Program-made: the position numbers and the translations under genes
Sequence record: NC_041974.1
Length of the DNA: 64,000 bases
Reading direction: 5' to 3' (one strand)
Part shown: in pieces, positions 37,097 to 46,274 of the stretch
Position numbering within the stretch: the stretch's first letter is position 1
Layout of the letters: the number at the start of each line of letters is the position of its first letter
The notes under the pieces: generated by a model
What the model was told of the DNA's origin: nothing
The model's database searches: none
The model's input: only the letters and a program-made list of their open reading frames with translations

Positions 37097-37510
37097 ATGA
37101 ATCGCCCTACATTGACCGTTCGCGGCATGATCGATGAGCTATTAGCCGCTGCAAAAGCGCAACACCCAGATATAACTCGACTGGCAATAAAGGTCGCATA
37201 TATTCAGAATGAAAAAATTAAGTACATTGTGAATATCACCACCGCTACAGGAGTGATACCATTCACGGATGAAAGTCAGATGGATGTTATGGGAGTTGTC
37301 GAGCATGAGGTGGCAAAGATCACCGAACGCGAACGCAATAGACCCAACGTAGGCGAATTAGACATAGCCAGTAACACCACAATAAACCTGTATACGAAGT
37401 TTAGGCGCATCTTTGGGCCTCGACCCATTATCACAGTGAAATTGGGTTATCTTGATCCCGTCACCCCTAACGTCAACAGGGTTACCGTGGAATTAGACTA
37501 CACTTACTAA
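37097..37510 (+). CDS. Hypothetical protein
   Basis: AAGGAGAGG RBS. Confidence 0.8.
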   Translation: MNRPTLTVRGMIDELLAAAKAQHPDITRLAIKVAYIQNEKIKYIVNITTATGVIPFTDESQMDVMGVVEHEVAKITERERNRPNVGELDIASNTTINLYTKFRRIFGPRPIITVKLGYLDPVTPNVNRVTVELDYTY

Positions 37511-37524
37511 AGGGTTTGACAATA

Positions 37525-38100
37525 ATGTTAAACAAAATCATTACTGAGAATGTTGGACGCATCTCACTGAAGGTCTGGGATAACTGCGAAGATTATTTGC
37601 TTCGCGTTACTCAGGGGATTAAACGTGACATCATGCGGGAAATCAAAACGCATGGTGGTCGCACGCAATTCCGCGTCACTGTCCGTAACTCTCTCGGCTA
37701 TAACAAGGCCGAGGGGATCTTTCACGATCTGCAAGTGGTAGTCACCTGTCTGGCCACTTCCAAAGAACTGAAAGAAACCGTGCGCCTGCCCGTCAGCAAA
37801 GACAACCCCCTGGCCATTATCCAGGGTACGTTAATGCATGCGGCGATCAAAGCCAATGCAGTGCGCAGCTATACCTCGATGAACTCACGAGCTGATGAAG
37901 TCCGTAAGACACTGAAGAGCAACCTGGATGACATGCTGAAAACGCACTCCACGGTCATCTCAGTGCATCAACACAAATCTGGCCATCCTGAAATTGCTGC
38001 GGAATTCATTCAAACTGACGGTCCTTCCATGGCCGCCTTATTTGAGAAACTTGCGCAGCACTCCCCATTGGGTGGTCTCTCAACACAACCTTCCATGTAA
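37525..38100 (+). CDS. Hypothetical protein
   Basis: AAGGG RBS. Confidence 0.75.
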   Translation: MLNKIITENVGRISLKVWDNCEDYLLRVTQGIKRDIMREIKTHGGRTQFRVTVRNSLGYNKAEGIFHDLQVVVTCLATSKELKETVRLPVSKDNPLAIIQGTLMHAAIKANAVRSYTSMNSRADEVRKTLKSNLDDMLKTHSTVISVHQHKSGHPEIAAEFIQTDGPSMAALFEKLAQHSPLGGLSTQPSM

Positions 38101-38157
38101 GTTCTCGTAATTGGCTGGGCGGGTGAGTATCACCGCCTGGCTTTCCAGGAGTCTATT

Positions 38158-38658
38158 ATGAGCGCCTTGCTTACAGAACTCCTCTCTGGACCCGCAATTC
38201 CTTTCGGGTTGGTAATTGGTATACTCGTTTGGTTATTGCATGTGAAGCTGTCAAACAAATCACATCAGCATGTTTACGATGTGGTCGGTCATCAATTGGT
38301 TAATGATATCGAACACCTGTGCCGGGAGCTAGCCAGCCCATCGGATCATCGGCGTTACATCAAAACCGATCTTCCACCACAAGGTGATCAGATTAACTAC
38401 CTGCGTAAGCACATCGAATCGCACCTTAAAGCGCGTGTAACTAAATACATCGATGCTGCTTGTTATAACGACAGGACAGCCCGCAGACCACGGGCGAAGT
38501 TACACGTCAAGGTGGTTAACCTGGCGCATATGGGGCAGGGGCTTGAGATAAGTTTTAAACTAGGCCGAGGGATCTTCACCGATCACCGTACCTATTTTAA
38601 ACCATCCACCTATGCCCATGTCAGTCTCTTCTTTAAAGATGAAGTTCTTTCCAAATAA
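38158..38658 (+). CDS. Hypothetical protein with N-terminal transmembrane anchor
   Basis: AGGAG RBS; AIPFGLVIGILVWLL. Confidence 0.8.
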   Translation: MSALLTELLSGPAIPFGLVIGILVWLLHVKLSNKSHQHVYDVVGHQLVNDIEHLCRELASPSDHRRYIKTDLPPQGDQINYLRKHIESHLKARVTKYIDAACYNDRTARRPRAKLHVKVVNLAHMGQGLEISFKLGRGIFTDHRTYFKPSTYAHVSLFFKDEVLSK

Positions 38659-38670
38659 AGGAATCAGTAG

Positions 38671-39987
38671 ATGTCAAGCAAAAAAGCAGCCAAAGTCAAT
38701 CCAAAGAAACAACACAAACAAGCTGTTGCGCAGCAGACGCAGCAGGTTAACGGTGACCTGGAATGGGCCCGTGGTATCTTTAGCCATATCGACAGCTATT
38801 TTGTTCAGCAGGTGAATAACCTGGTGCACCGTCGTTATAAAGGCAGCGACAACTATCCGAAACATTTCGGTGCCCGTGTTGAGATCAATGAAAAGCACGG
38901 TCGCTACGACATCCTGAAATTCCTGAGCTGGGATGAAGCCGGTGTGCTGGATGACTTCGGTAACCAGACCGGTGAGTTCGAACTCGGCTATGTGCATTTC
39001 CATCGCCTGAAAGAGATCTCGCAGGATGCACACAAAAACAACCGTCCGGTGGATATCGGCTGGGCGTATGTACCGCATGTTGATTTCGAACACTCCGTTG
39101 ATGCAGCCATGAAAGCGGCAGCAAAACATGATCACTTCGAAGCGGCGGTGCGCGCACATCTGCAAGGCGCACTGGATGTCTATGCGACACTGGTCGATGA
39201 ACTCAAAGCTGAATACCAGCCTGAGAACGCAGACGGCCAATACGTTGGCGTGTGTTTCTACTTCAACCCAGAAACCAACGTATTGGAATACGTGATGCAG
39301 AAACACGGCGTAACCGATCTGATCGACGGCAAAGCCTCTGAGCGTGACTTCCGTGATCTACCGGCTGGCGCAGAAGTTACTGGTCCAATCGTGGTGGATG
39401 GCGATACGGACTTCCGTAACTACAACTCCTGCATGCTGCGTCTGGTCAGTGAAGTGGCACGTTGGGAACGTATCAGTAAACCAAACAAAGAGTGCATGGA
39501 AACCGCAGCAACGGATCTGGTTGGTCGCATGATCACCAATGCCGAAGCGGCGTTTGAGAAAGCCAAAGAGAAAGCCGCTGCTGAAGGTATCACAGCAGAT
39601 CTCTCTCTGCGTTACAATGGTCTGCGTGGTCTGCTGGAAGTGGTCTACAAAGATGAGCTGGGTAATACCGCGCTGGTTGATATCGGTATGGACGCAGCCG
39701 CTGTGCTGTTGATCATGACCCGTATCGAACCGGATCTGCAGATGTACGTCACCCCACGTTTCAATAAAGCCTTTGTTGAGCGTTTCGGTGCAGGTGACCA
39801 GCACGTCAAAAATGACAACGGTGATGTGATTGCCACCGAAGTCCCGGCGCGTGGCCTGACTGCTGACTTCCTCGCTTTTGATGAACTCGCTGTCACTGGT
39901 CAGGCGTCACCGGTACAGGAGCTGGATGATGCGTTTGATAAAGACGACGAACCGGCTGCTGATGAAAACTACGCCCTGAAGGCGTAA
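38671..39987 (+). CDS. Hypothetical protein, 438 aa
   Basis: AAGGA RBS; long ORF with strong codon bias. Confidence 0.85.
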   Translation: MSSKKAAKVNPKKQHKQAVAQQTQQVNGDLEWARGIFSHIDSYFVQQVNNLVHRRYKGSDNYPKHFGARVEINEKHGRYDILKFLSWDEAGVLDDFGNQTGEFELGYVHFHRLKEISQDAHKNNRPVDIGWAYVPHVDFEHSVDAAMKAAAKHDHFEAAVRAHLQGALDVYATLVDELKAEYQPENADGQYVGVCFYFNPETNVLEYVMQKHGVTDLIDGKASERDFRDLPAGAEVTGPIVVDGDTDFRNYNSCMLRLVSEVARWERISKPNKECMETAATDLVGRMITNAEAAFEKAKEKAAAEGITADLSLRYNGLRGLLEVVYKDELGNTALVDIGMDAAAVLLIMTRIEPDLQMYVTPRFNKAFVERFGAGDQHVKNDNGDVIATEVPARGLTADFLAFDELAVTGQASPVQELDDAFDKDDEPAADENYALKA

Positions 39988-39999
39988 GTTCGGTTATGG

Positions 40000-40023
40000 G
40001 GGAGGGCTTAGGCTCTCCCTTTT
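40000..40023 (+). terminator. Intrinsic terminator
   Basis: GGGAGGGC-TTAG-GCTCTCCC-TTTT. Confidence 0.75.
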
Positions 40024-40075
40024 AACAGTTATCTTTCTTTTTTATTTGATTTTTTACAATGCAGATTTTTTCAGA

Positions 40076-40094
40076 CCTATATGACGGAAGTGAA
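40076..40094 (+). promoter_or_regulatory. Putative phage early promoter (variant)
   Basis: CCTATATGAC-ggaa-GTGAA. Confidence 0.55.
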
Positions 40095-40148
40095 TAGAGC
40101 CAGTAGTCACTGACTCGACAATCTTAATTCACTTACGAGGTATAGATT

Positions 40149-40586
40149 ATGAAACTGAATAAACTGCGTTATGTTCTTTCTAAGGGATTCATTTCTCTTT
40201 GTGCCGACAACATCGAAGCCATGGGCATGGAAAGAGTTATCCGTATGGCCGAACGTCGTTACATGTTCGCTAACCCAAAAGCTGACGAAGTCGAAATTGA
40301 CGAGTCTGATGTTAACCGTGCCCTTAGCATCGCTAAGAACAAAGATGCACGCTATGACCGTATTGCTAACCTGTACTCTTGGTTGGCACGTAACATCTCT
40401 GGTGTTCGTAACACTGCGGCGTTAAACCGTGATGTAATGAAAAGCCTGTGGATGAGCTACCGCGGTTATATCACTGCAAACGCTCTGGAAGAACTGTGGG
40501 TGGTTACTAAGGTGTATGACAATGGTACTGACCTCGAAGTTGAGTTCAGTGAAGTTTGTGCCCTGATTGCCAACAGCGAAGTATAA
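40149..40586 (+). CDS. Hypothetical protein, codon usage suggests high expression
   Basis: GAGG RBS; GCT/AAC/CGT/GAA-rich codons. Confidence 0.85.
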   Translation: MKLNKLRYVLSKGFISLCADNIEAMGMERVIRMAERRYMFANPKADEVEIDESDVNRALSIAKNKDARYDRIANLYSWLARNISGVRNTAALNRDVMKSLWMSYRGYITANALEELWVVTKVYDNGTDLEVEFSEVCALIANSEV

Positions 40587-40596
40587 GGAGCACATT

Positions 40597-41082
40597 ATGT
40601 CAAACGGGGTAATGTGGATGATGCTAGCGGCCTGTATCGCTATCGGCTTCAAGATTATCGGTACGGCCTTATCTTCCCCGGCCTCGACCGTTGCAGATCT
40701 AAAACGCTGGGCTTCTATTAAGACACCAGATTTCATTGATGCGGCTTTCACCGGGGAAACGATGTATTGCATTACTGAGCGTACTGCGAAACGCCATTTG
40801 GAACTTTATGGACCAGACGGTATCGTGGGAATGTACAGTGATGTGTTTGATGAACTTAGGCAATGTACCACTATGGACGGGTGGTTAATCGACGGTAGGA
40901 TTGTCGACAATAAAAACGGAGCAGTACAGATCGCCTTGACCATGACCCGCAACGAAGTGGTTCTCAATAAAGCATACGTTGTCCCATACTTGCAAATCCT
41001 GCGAGTCACCGACACGTTCTCTCCTGAGATTCTCCGTCGTTCTGTTCGTGATGTTCAGGTTATTAATGCAAATGTTGTTTGA
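40597..41082 (+). CDS. Signal-anchored hypothetical protein
   Basis: AAGGAG RBS before ATG 40597; VMWMMLAACIAIGFKII. Confidence 0.75.
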   Translation: MSNGVMWMMLAACIAIGFKIIGTALSSPASTVADLKRWASIKTPDFIDAAFTGETMYCITERTAKRHLELYGPDGIVGMYSDVFDELRQCTTMDGWLIDGRIVDNKNGAVQIALTMTRNEVVLNKAYVVPYLQILRVTDTFSPEILRRSVRDVQVINANVV

Positions 41083-41096
41083 TCCCTCCGAATTTT

Positions 41097-41125
41097 AGGC
41101 CAGGTGCAAACCTGGCCTTTATGCC
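41097..41125 (+). terminator. Hairpin followed by TTATGCC
   Basis: AGGCCAGG-TGCAAA-CCTGGCCT-TTATGCC. Confidence 0.8.
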
Positions 41126-41178
41126 GGCCTGGGAATGGTACCCGTTATGCCACTATCAATTAACCAAAATGTAGAAAT

Positions 41179-41249
41179 GGTAGATTGGCCTAACCAAGGG
41201 CCAACTACCTAGCCGTCATACTGCGCTGGGGGTTCGATGTAACCCCCAG
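41179..41249. ncRNA. Candidate structured RNA (two stem-loops)
   Basis: GGTAGaTTGGCC/GGCCAACTACC and CTGGGGGTT/AACCCCCAG in an ORF-free gap. Confidence 0.3.
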
Positions 41250-41297
41250 GCAACCCTTATCTATTTAACCTAATTTAACACCAGGGAATTTACTAAA

Positions 41298-41462
41298 ATG
41301 GCTTTTATCAAATCACTGTTCCACAAAGCGTCTTCTACTACCCCTGTTAACATCAGCGTAATCGAAGCCCAGCTGGAAGAGACCCAACGTATCCTGAACC
41401 GTTTAAACAAACATCAGGCATCAGCCGTCCGTGGCGAACGTACTCGCCACAATCACCACTGA
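41298..41462 (+). CDS. 54-aa hypothetical protein (not in ORF track)
   Basis: AGGGA RBS; MAFIKSLFHKASSTTPVNISVIEAQLEETQRILNRLNKHQ... Confidence 0.5.
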   Translation: MAFIKSLFHKASSTTPVNISVIEAQLEETQRILNRLNKHQASAVRGERTRHNHH

Positions 41463-41508
41463 GTGGTGTGTACGAAAGCAAGAAAAGTGTAGTGCAGAAA
41501 ATCTCACA

Positions 41509-41527
41509 CCTATATAACCTGGGTGAT
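41509..41527 (+). promoter_or_regulatory. Putative phage early promoter (variant)
   Basis: CCTATATAAC-ctgg-GTGAT. Confidence 0.6.
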
Positions 41528-41587
41528 ATACAGTAGTAAATCAATTGCAGTAACCAACTTAACCTAATTGTCTTGTGAGGTATTATC

Positions 41588-42217
41588 ATGTCAAACGTAC
41601 TCGAACTGAACACAACTCCTTCTAACCCGGCAATGGCTGAAGCTTTCCGTAAAGCAGCAACCAAGGATCTCTCGCCGGAACTGGGCGGTGATACCTTACA
41701 AGCCGAATTAGCGAACATGGAACGTGCAAAAACTGAGCCTGAATCAAACACTGCACGTCTGGCCAAAACCTTAGCGGGCATGACTTCTTCTGTGAAGGAC
41801 ATGAACGAGACGCTGCACGAAGCAGCAGGAGTGAACACCATGCATCACACTGATGGCGCTGATAACATGTTCAGCGAAGTAGAAGAAATGATCGAGCCTG
41901 AATTCACTGGCAGTCATGGTCGTGTCAAAGCCATGGCGCTGCTGTCAGCGGGTTCATTGATTGCGACTACTGCTACTGCTGCGTTATTCACACGTAACAG
42001 CAAGACTGTCAAATCAGTCGCAGTAACGGGTCTGTTAACCAGCAGCATGCTGATCGGCATGGAAGCGATTCAGGCTAAACGTAATCCGTCTGTGGCGGAT
42101 CGTCTGGTCATGGGCAAGAAACGTGCCGCCAAGTTACTGGGCGGTGGTCTGGCAATCGGTGCGGCAACCATGTCAATCGGTTTAACTGTAGGTCGTATCT
42201 TTAACTCCGGAGAGTAA
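41588..42217 (+). CDS. Ala/Gly-rich membrane protein
   Basis: GAGG RBS; polar N-half and three hydrophobic segments. Confidence 0.8.
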   Translation: MSNVLELNTTPSNPAMAEAFRKAATKDLSPELGGDTLQAELANMERAKTEPESNTARLAKTLAGMTSSVKDMNETLHEAAGVNTMHHTDGADNMFSEVEEMIEPEFTGSHGRVKAMALLSAGSLIATTATAALFTRNSKTVKSVAVTGLLTSSMLIGMEAIQAKRNPSVADRLVMGKKRAAKLLGGGLAIGAATMSIGLTVGRIFNSGE

Positions 42218-42218
42218 C

Positions 42219-42599
42219 ATGAGCCAGTTATTCGAGAACATCGATGACGTCATCGAACCAGTAGTCGATCTGAATGTGGCGAAACGTACCCTGATGTTAG
42301 CATCCGGGGTACGAGCTGTAGCACTGGCAGTGGGTGTCGGTGTCGGCGCAGCTGCCATGAAGATCAAACCTTCAACTGCGGTGAAAGCCGCAGTGATCCC
42401 AGCGGTGATCGAACTCGGTGCAACTTACCTCGGGGTGAGTCGTGCCAGCGAAGTCGAGATCCTGGATAAAGAAGCAACTGTCAGCAACAAATCACACCTC
42501 AACGATGCAGCCGTCAATTTCATTGCCGGTGCCGTTGCCATTGTAGGCGGTGCAGTCATTGCCCGTGTACTCAAAGGGCCGGAAACACCGGCTGAATAA
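42219..42599 (+). CDS. Ala/Val/Gly-rich membrane protein
   Basis: GGAGAG RBS; AKRTLM then hydrophobic segments. Confidence 0.8.
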   Translation: MSQLFENIDDVIEPVVDLNVAKRTLMLASGVRAVALAVGVGVGAAAMKIKPSTAVKAAVIPAVIELGATYLGVSRASEVEILDKEATVSNKSHLNDAAVNFIAGAVAIVGGAVIARVLKGPETPAE

Positions 42600-42614
42600 T
42601 CCCAGTAAAGGAAC

Positions 42615-42809
42615 ATGACCATGTTTAACAAAACCTGCGAACAGAAAGAGCCAGCTTGTGAAGTCACCATCAATCTTAACGTACAGATCGTAGGCATGGC
42701 CGTGGGTTGTGTTCTTGCGCAGAGTGAGAACACCATGGTCAAAGCCGGCGGCGTGGGCTTGGTAGCCGCGTCCTTCCTGGGCATGATTAAGAAACTGTCT
42801 AAACTGTAA
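42615..42809 (+). CDS. Small membrane protein
   Basis: AAGGA RBS; two hydrophobic segments. Confidence 0.7.
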   Translation: MTMFNKTCEQKEPACEVTINLNVQIVGMAVGCVLAQSENTMVKAGGVGLVAASFLGMIKKLSKL

Positions 42810-42875
42810 TTCCTTGTAGTAACCAAACCCAATCAAACTCACTGTAATTAACCTAACTGTAAAAGAGAGAATATC

Positions 42876-43175
42876 ATGGAAAACATCAACGCATCTGCAA
42901 TCAACGAAACTGCTAAAACTGCTGGCGCTACTGTTGAAGGTATCGTAAAAGAAACCATGTTCGCGAAAGTGGCAGAAGCTGTCGAACCAACTGTTGCGAA
43001 GAAGATCGCCAAACGCACCCTGATGGCAGGCGGCGTGTTAGCGCTCTGTGGTCTGGGTTACTTCGGCTACCGTGCACTGAAGAAAACCAAAGCAGTCGTA
43101 ATCATCACCGAAGGCGATGCAGCTAACGAAACCACCACTGACACCACCGTGGTAGCAGACGACACTGCTGCGTAA
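42876..43175 (+). CDS. Single-pass membrane protein
   Basis: AGAGAG RBS; AKRTLMAGGVLALCGLGYFGY. Confidence 0.8.
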   Translation: MENINASAINETAKTAGATVEGIVKETMFAKVAEAVEPTVAKKIAKRTLMAGGVLALCGLGYFGYRALKKTKAVVIITEGDAANETTTDTTVVADDTAA

Positions 43176-43182
43176 TTTTGTG

Positions 43183-43207
43183 AGGGCTAGGATATCCTAG
43201 CCCTTTC
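43183..43207 (+). terminator. Intrinsic terminator
   Basis: AGGGCTAGG-ATAT-CCTAGCCCT-TT. Confidence 0.75.
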
Positions 43208-43244
43208 CTTTCTCACTCTTTTTTTTGTTAAAGTAGGGACGCCC

Positions 43245-43715
43245 ATGCATGCAATCACAACCGGTACCGTCGCTATTCTGATCTTCATCACCTTCTTGTT
43301 TATTTCAGAATGGCGATTAAAGGTAAGTAAGAACCTTATCTTCAAAGAAGTCACCCGAATCGCGTACTCGATTATTCGCTATACCGACGTCAAGCAGATC
43401 ACCCCGGAGATCTACCTTATTGCGGCTGAACTACAAAACCGCATGGTAAAGGTAGGGAACTTCAGCGTGACCGAGAAGGACCGGGAAGTCGCCATGACGA
43501 TTGCCAAGTACATTTCAATCTTTGGCAACCAGCGGGTGCGTGATCCGGTTATCCTGTTGCACGTGATCGCCAGACGGCTAAATGAGTTCGATGGGATATC
43601 CGCTAAATCGCTGGTCTCCACCAATGGCCGCCTGGAGCTCGTTATAGGGCGTGATGACGCCACAGACTATGATCGGGTCATCTATCGCTTCAACTCCCCG
43701 CAGACGCTCTTCTAG
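43245..43715 (+). CDS. Hypothetical protein with N-terminal transmembrane anchor
   Basis: AGGGA RBS; TVAILIFITFLFI. Confidence 0.75.
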   Translation: MHAITTGTVAILIFITFLFISEWRLKVSKNLIFKEVTRIAYSIIRYTDVKQITPEIYLIAAELQNRMVKVGNFSVTEKDREVAMTIAKYISIFGNQRVRDPVILLHVIARRLNEFDGISAKSLVSTNGRLELVIGRDDATDYDRVIYRFNSPQTLF

Positions 43716-43718
43716 GCC

Positions 43719-43746
43719 GGCATAAGGGGCAGGGTTTCCCCCGCCC
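43719..43746 (-). terminator. Hairpin followed by TTATGCC on the minus strand
   Basis: Reverse complement GGGCGGGG-GAAA-CCCTGCCC-C-TTATGCC. Confidence 0.7.
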
Positions 43747-43751
43747 ACTTA

Positions 43752-44390
43752 TTAACTGGTTAACCGTGCTTCGTAATCCGCAATGATCGTGCGTAACTGG
43801 GCAATGGTGTTGTTGGCTTCCAGCAATTGTGCATGTTCCGTTGTCCGGCGCTTAATGGCGTTCAAACGGTTCTGCTCGGCCAATCGATATTGCTCAGCCG
43901 TCACGGCATTAGTAGAAGGAGCCACCGCAATCGCAATGGTAGGTTCTATCCCGATCAAATCACTGATCGCTGCTTTAATCACATCTTGTGTTTGTTGCAA
44001 TTGATCAATGATCGCCGACGGCACTGCACCCAGCGACATCGACATGACAATGTACTGATATTGAATTGCCGAGTCATCAGGGAACTGGGTGATGTACGTA
44101 CTGGGGATGTAGATCGGGGTACGGCCTACCGCGCTTAAGGTGATGATGTTCGCCGCCACCAATACATCCGCATCCATGTCCGCTTGCTTTAACCCCACCG
44201 GGGTATAGACACGCGCCAGAATGTCCACGCCTAAAGCCTGGAGCTCCTGGAAGGTACGAATGGCTTGCACGGTATAGATCACACCTGGATCAACCCGAGC
44301 AAAATCCGTGACGTTGGCCGCACCCATATACGGGGTGGCGACTTTGAACAACCCCTTCGTTAGAATGGGTGGGGTTAATGACGTTGCCAT
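43752..44390 (-). CDS. Putative virion structural protein (phiKZ-like core)
   Basis: AGGAG RBS; co-oriented with a long structural-type gene; coiled-coil C-terminus. Confidence 0.65.
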   Translation of the reverse strand: MATSLTPPILTKGLFKVATPYMGAANVTDFARVDPGVIYTVQAIRTFQELQALGVDILARVYTPVGLKQADMDADVLVAANIITLSAVGRTPIYIPSTYITQFPDDSAIQYQYIVMSMSLGAVPSAIIDQLQQTQDVIKAAISDLIGIEPTIAIAVAPSTNAVTAEQYRLAEQNRLNAIKRRTTEHAQLLEANNTIAQLRTIIADYEARLTS

Positions 44391-44400
44391 GGACTACTCC

Positions 44401-45714
44401 TTATGTATACAGTGACTCAACATAAGGTTTCGCCACGACTAAAAACTTAATGCCATTAACAGACTTCGCTGCACAGATTACACCGTCACGCACCACGCGG
44501 GAGATCTCTGATGGCAACTCACTGAACTCCGACATGGTCTCAGCGGCAATCAGCATCTGTTGCATGGCAAAGATAAACGCCTGGGTGTCTGGCGAGATAC
44601 GGTCAAACTCCACATCGTCAGACGGTAGTAAGGCATAATCCGGGTAGAGCTCTTTCAGCTTGATCTGACCGCCGCGGTTAGTCGGTTTCGCCACGCTGTA
44701 GAGTGCCAGGGATTTGTGCAATGCCGGGAAGACCTGCAGTGACGCTTTGATGTGATCGGCCGGATACCACTTCATTACCTTGGTCGGCATCTCCAGCATT
44801 GTTTCATAATCCACAACCGGCGAGTTGGTACCCGTTTCGGTGGTTTTGTTAGGAATGCTATAGGAGCGCCAGTCAGGTGCAATGACATACTCGATCGGGT
44901 TAAAAAGATCAGGGATGACCAACGCCCACTCATCTTCACCGAACTTTGAGTTCGCCAGGATATCGGCTTTCAGCAACTCATAGATCGCATCATCGTTGTT
45001 ACCGTTCTTACCGTAACCGACGATGGTGAAATATCCCGTCTGCCATTTACTGGTATTCTCTTTGTCGTAGATCTTGAATTCAATATCACGGACAAAGGTC
45101 GGCGGATTAATGCCCATGATGGCATTAATGTTCTTGGCGATATCGCCTTTCGTTACCGAATCGATTGCAGTTTTTGCTGTTGCGTAATCTTCGTGCAACA
45201 CATCAATTTGGCTCAATGGGACAGGATAGTCAGCAAAGAGTTCATAGCGCGGGTAGCTCAGCTCGAACGACTCATCAGATAACCAAATCTTGATGGTGTT
45301 GTCATCGCTGCCGCTCAGTTTACCTGAGACCCATTCAGGCGCCCAGTACTTACCGTCAGTGATCATGTCACCGATTGCTAAGTTTTCCCATGACGTATCG
45401 AAGTCTGCTTTGATCTGCTGCAGCGCAATCGTCTTGTCATTGGTGAAACGACCATCAGCAATACGTACGAGCATCCACGCCTGCAAACTAAGGATTGCCA
45501 GACTGTAAGTATTTGCTAATTGGAACGCTACGTTATTCTCATCAACTGCTGTGAAAACAAGTAGAGCAGTACCTGGTTTATCCGTGTTAGTGTACGTCCC
45601 AATATCCCGTGAAAAAGACATTGAGAGTTGCGATATTTCGCCAATGGGGTTAGTAACACCTTTCTGGTTGTTATTCAGTGACGGATACACCGAAAACCCT
45701 AAGATCGTTTTCAT
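44401..45714 (-). CDS. Putative virion structural protein (phiKZ-like core)
   Basis: AAGGG RBS before ATG 45714; NNQKGVTNPIGEISQLS N-terminus recalled from phiKZ-like structural proteins. Confidence 0.6.
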   Translation of the reverse strand: MKTILGFSVYPSLNNNQKGVTNPIGEISQLSMSFSRDIGTYTNTDKPGTALLVFTAVDENNVAFQLANTYSLAILSLQAWMLVRIADGRFTNDKTIALQQIKADFDTSWENLAIGDMITDGKYWAPEWVSGKLSGSDDNTIKIWLSDESFELSYPRYELFADYPVPLSQIDVLHEDYATAKTAIDSVTKGDIAKNINAIMGINPPTFVRDIEFKIYDKENTSKWQTGYFTIVGYGKNGNNDDAIYELLKADILANSKFGEDEWALVIPDLFNPIEYVIAPDWRSYSIPNKTTETGTNSPVVDYETMLEMPTKVMKWYPADHIKASLQVFPALHKSLALYSVAKPTNRGGQIKLKELYPDYALLPSDDVEFDRISPDTQAFIFAMQQMLIAAETMSEFSELPSEISRVVRDGVICAAKSVNGIKFLVVAKPYVESLYT

Positions 45715-45792
45715 AGCTCGCCCTTTACATGGGATGGGATTAAGATACATAACATTTAACACAGTGTACGAGGGCCTGTAGGGAGACGAGAC

Positions 45793-46200
45793 GTGTTGTG
45801 GTTAAAGCTATTCTTTTGGAGTCTTCCTTTCATAAAAAAGCGGTCAAAGACTTTCATGGCCGATGGAGCGACTCGTTATAATGCATCGAAAAAAGCACGG
45901 GGTTGGTTCTACGCTATTTCGATGTCATTCTTTCTATTCCTTGGCATCCTTACCTGGGGCTACCGCCAGTATGACTACCTGTCCAAACAGAACCGTCATA
46001 TGACTGAAGAGATCTCCCAGCTTAAAGGTCGCATCAACATCTACCCTACTCTTTCTGATACAATTGAACAGAACCGTTTGTTATTGACACAAAACCATGA
46101 TCTTGCAGAGGAACTCATTAAAACTCGTCAAAACAATAACGAGTTATATAAAGAGAACCAAAAACTGCAAAGTCAGCTTGAAAAAGCATTAGGTAAATGA
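45793..46200 (+). CDS. Membrane protein with coiled-coil C-terminus (possible inner spanin or lysis-related)
   Basis: GGGAG RBS; TM WFYAISMSFFLFLGILTWGY then heptad-rich helix. Confidence 0.6.
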   Translation: MLWLKLFFWSLPFIKKRSKTFMADGATRYNASKKARGWFYAISMSFFLFLGILTWGYRQYDYLSKQNRHMTEEISQLKGRINIYPTLSDTIEQNRLLLTQNHDLAEELIKTRQNNNELYKENQKLQSQLEKALGK

Positions 46201-46274
46201 TGAACACCCGTTTTGGTAATTTATTACGTAGTTGATCAATTATAAGAGAGATATTGTTTATTCGAGGGTGTTTC

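Noticed and set aside
41226-41255. tRNA suggested by GGTTCGA
   Set aside because: The sequence forms one 9-bp hairpin; no D arm, anticodon arm or acceptor stem can be built.
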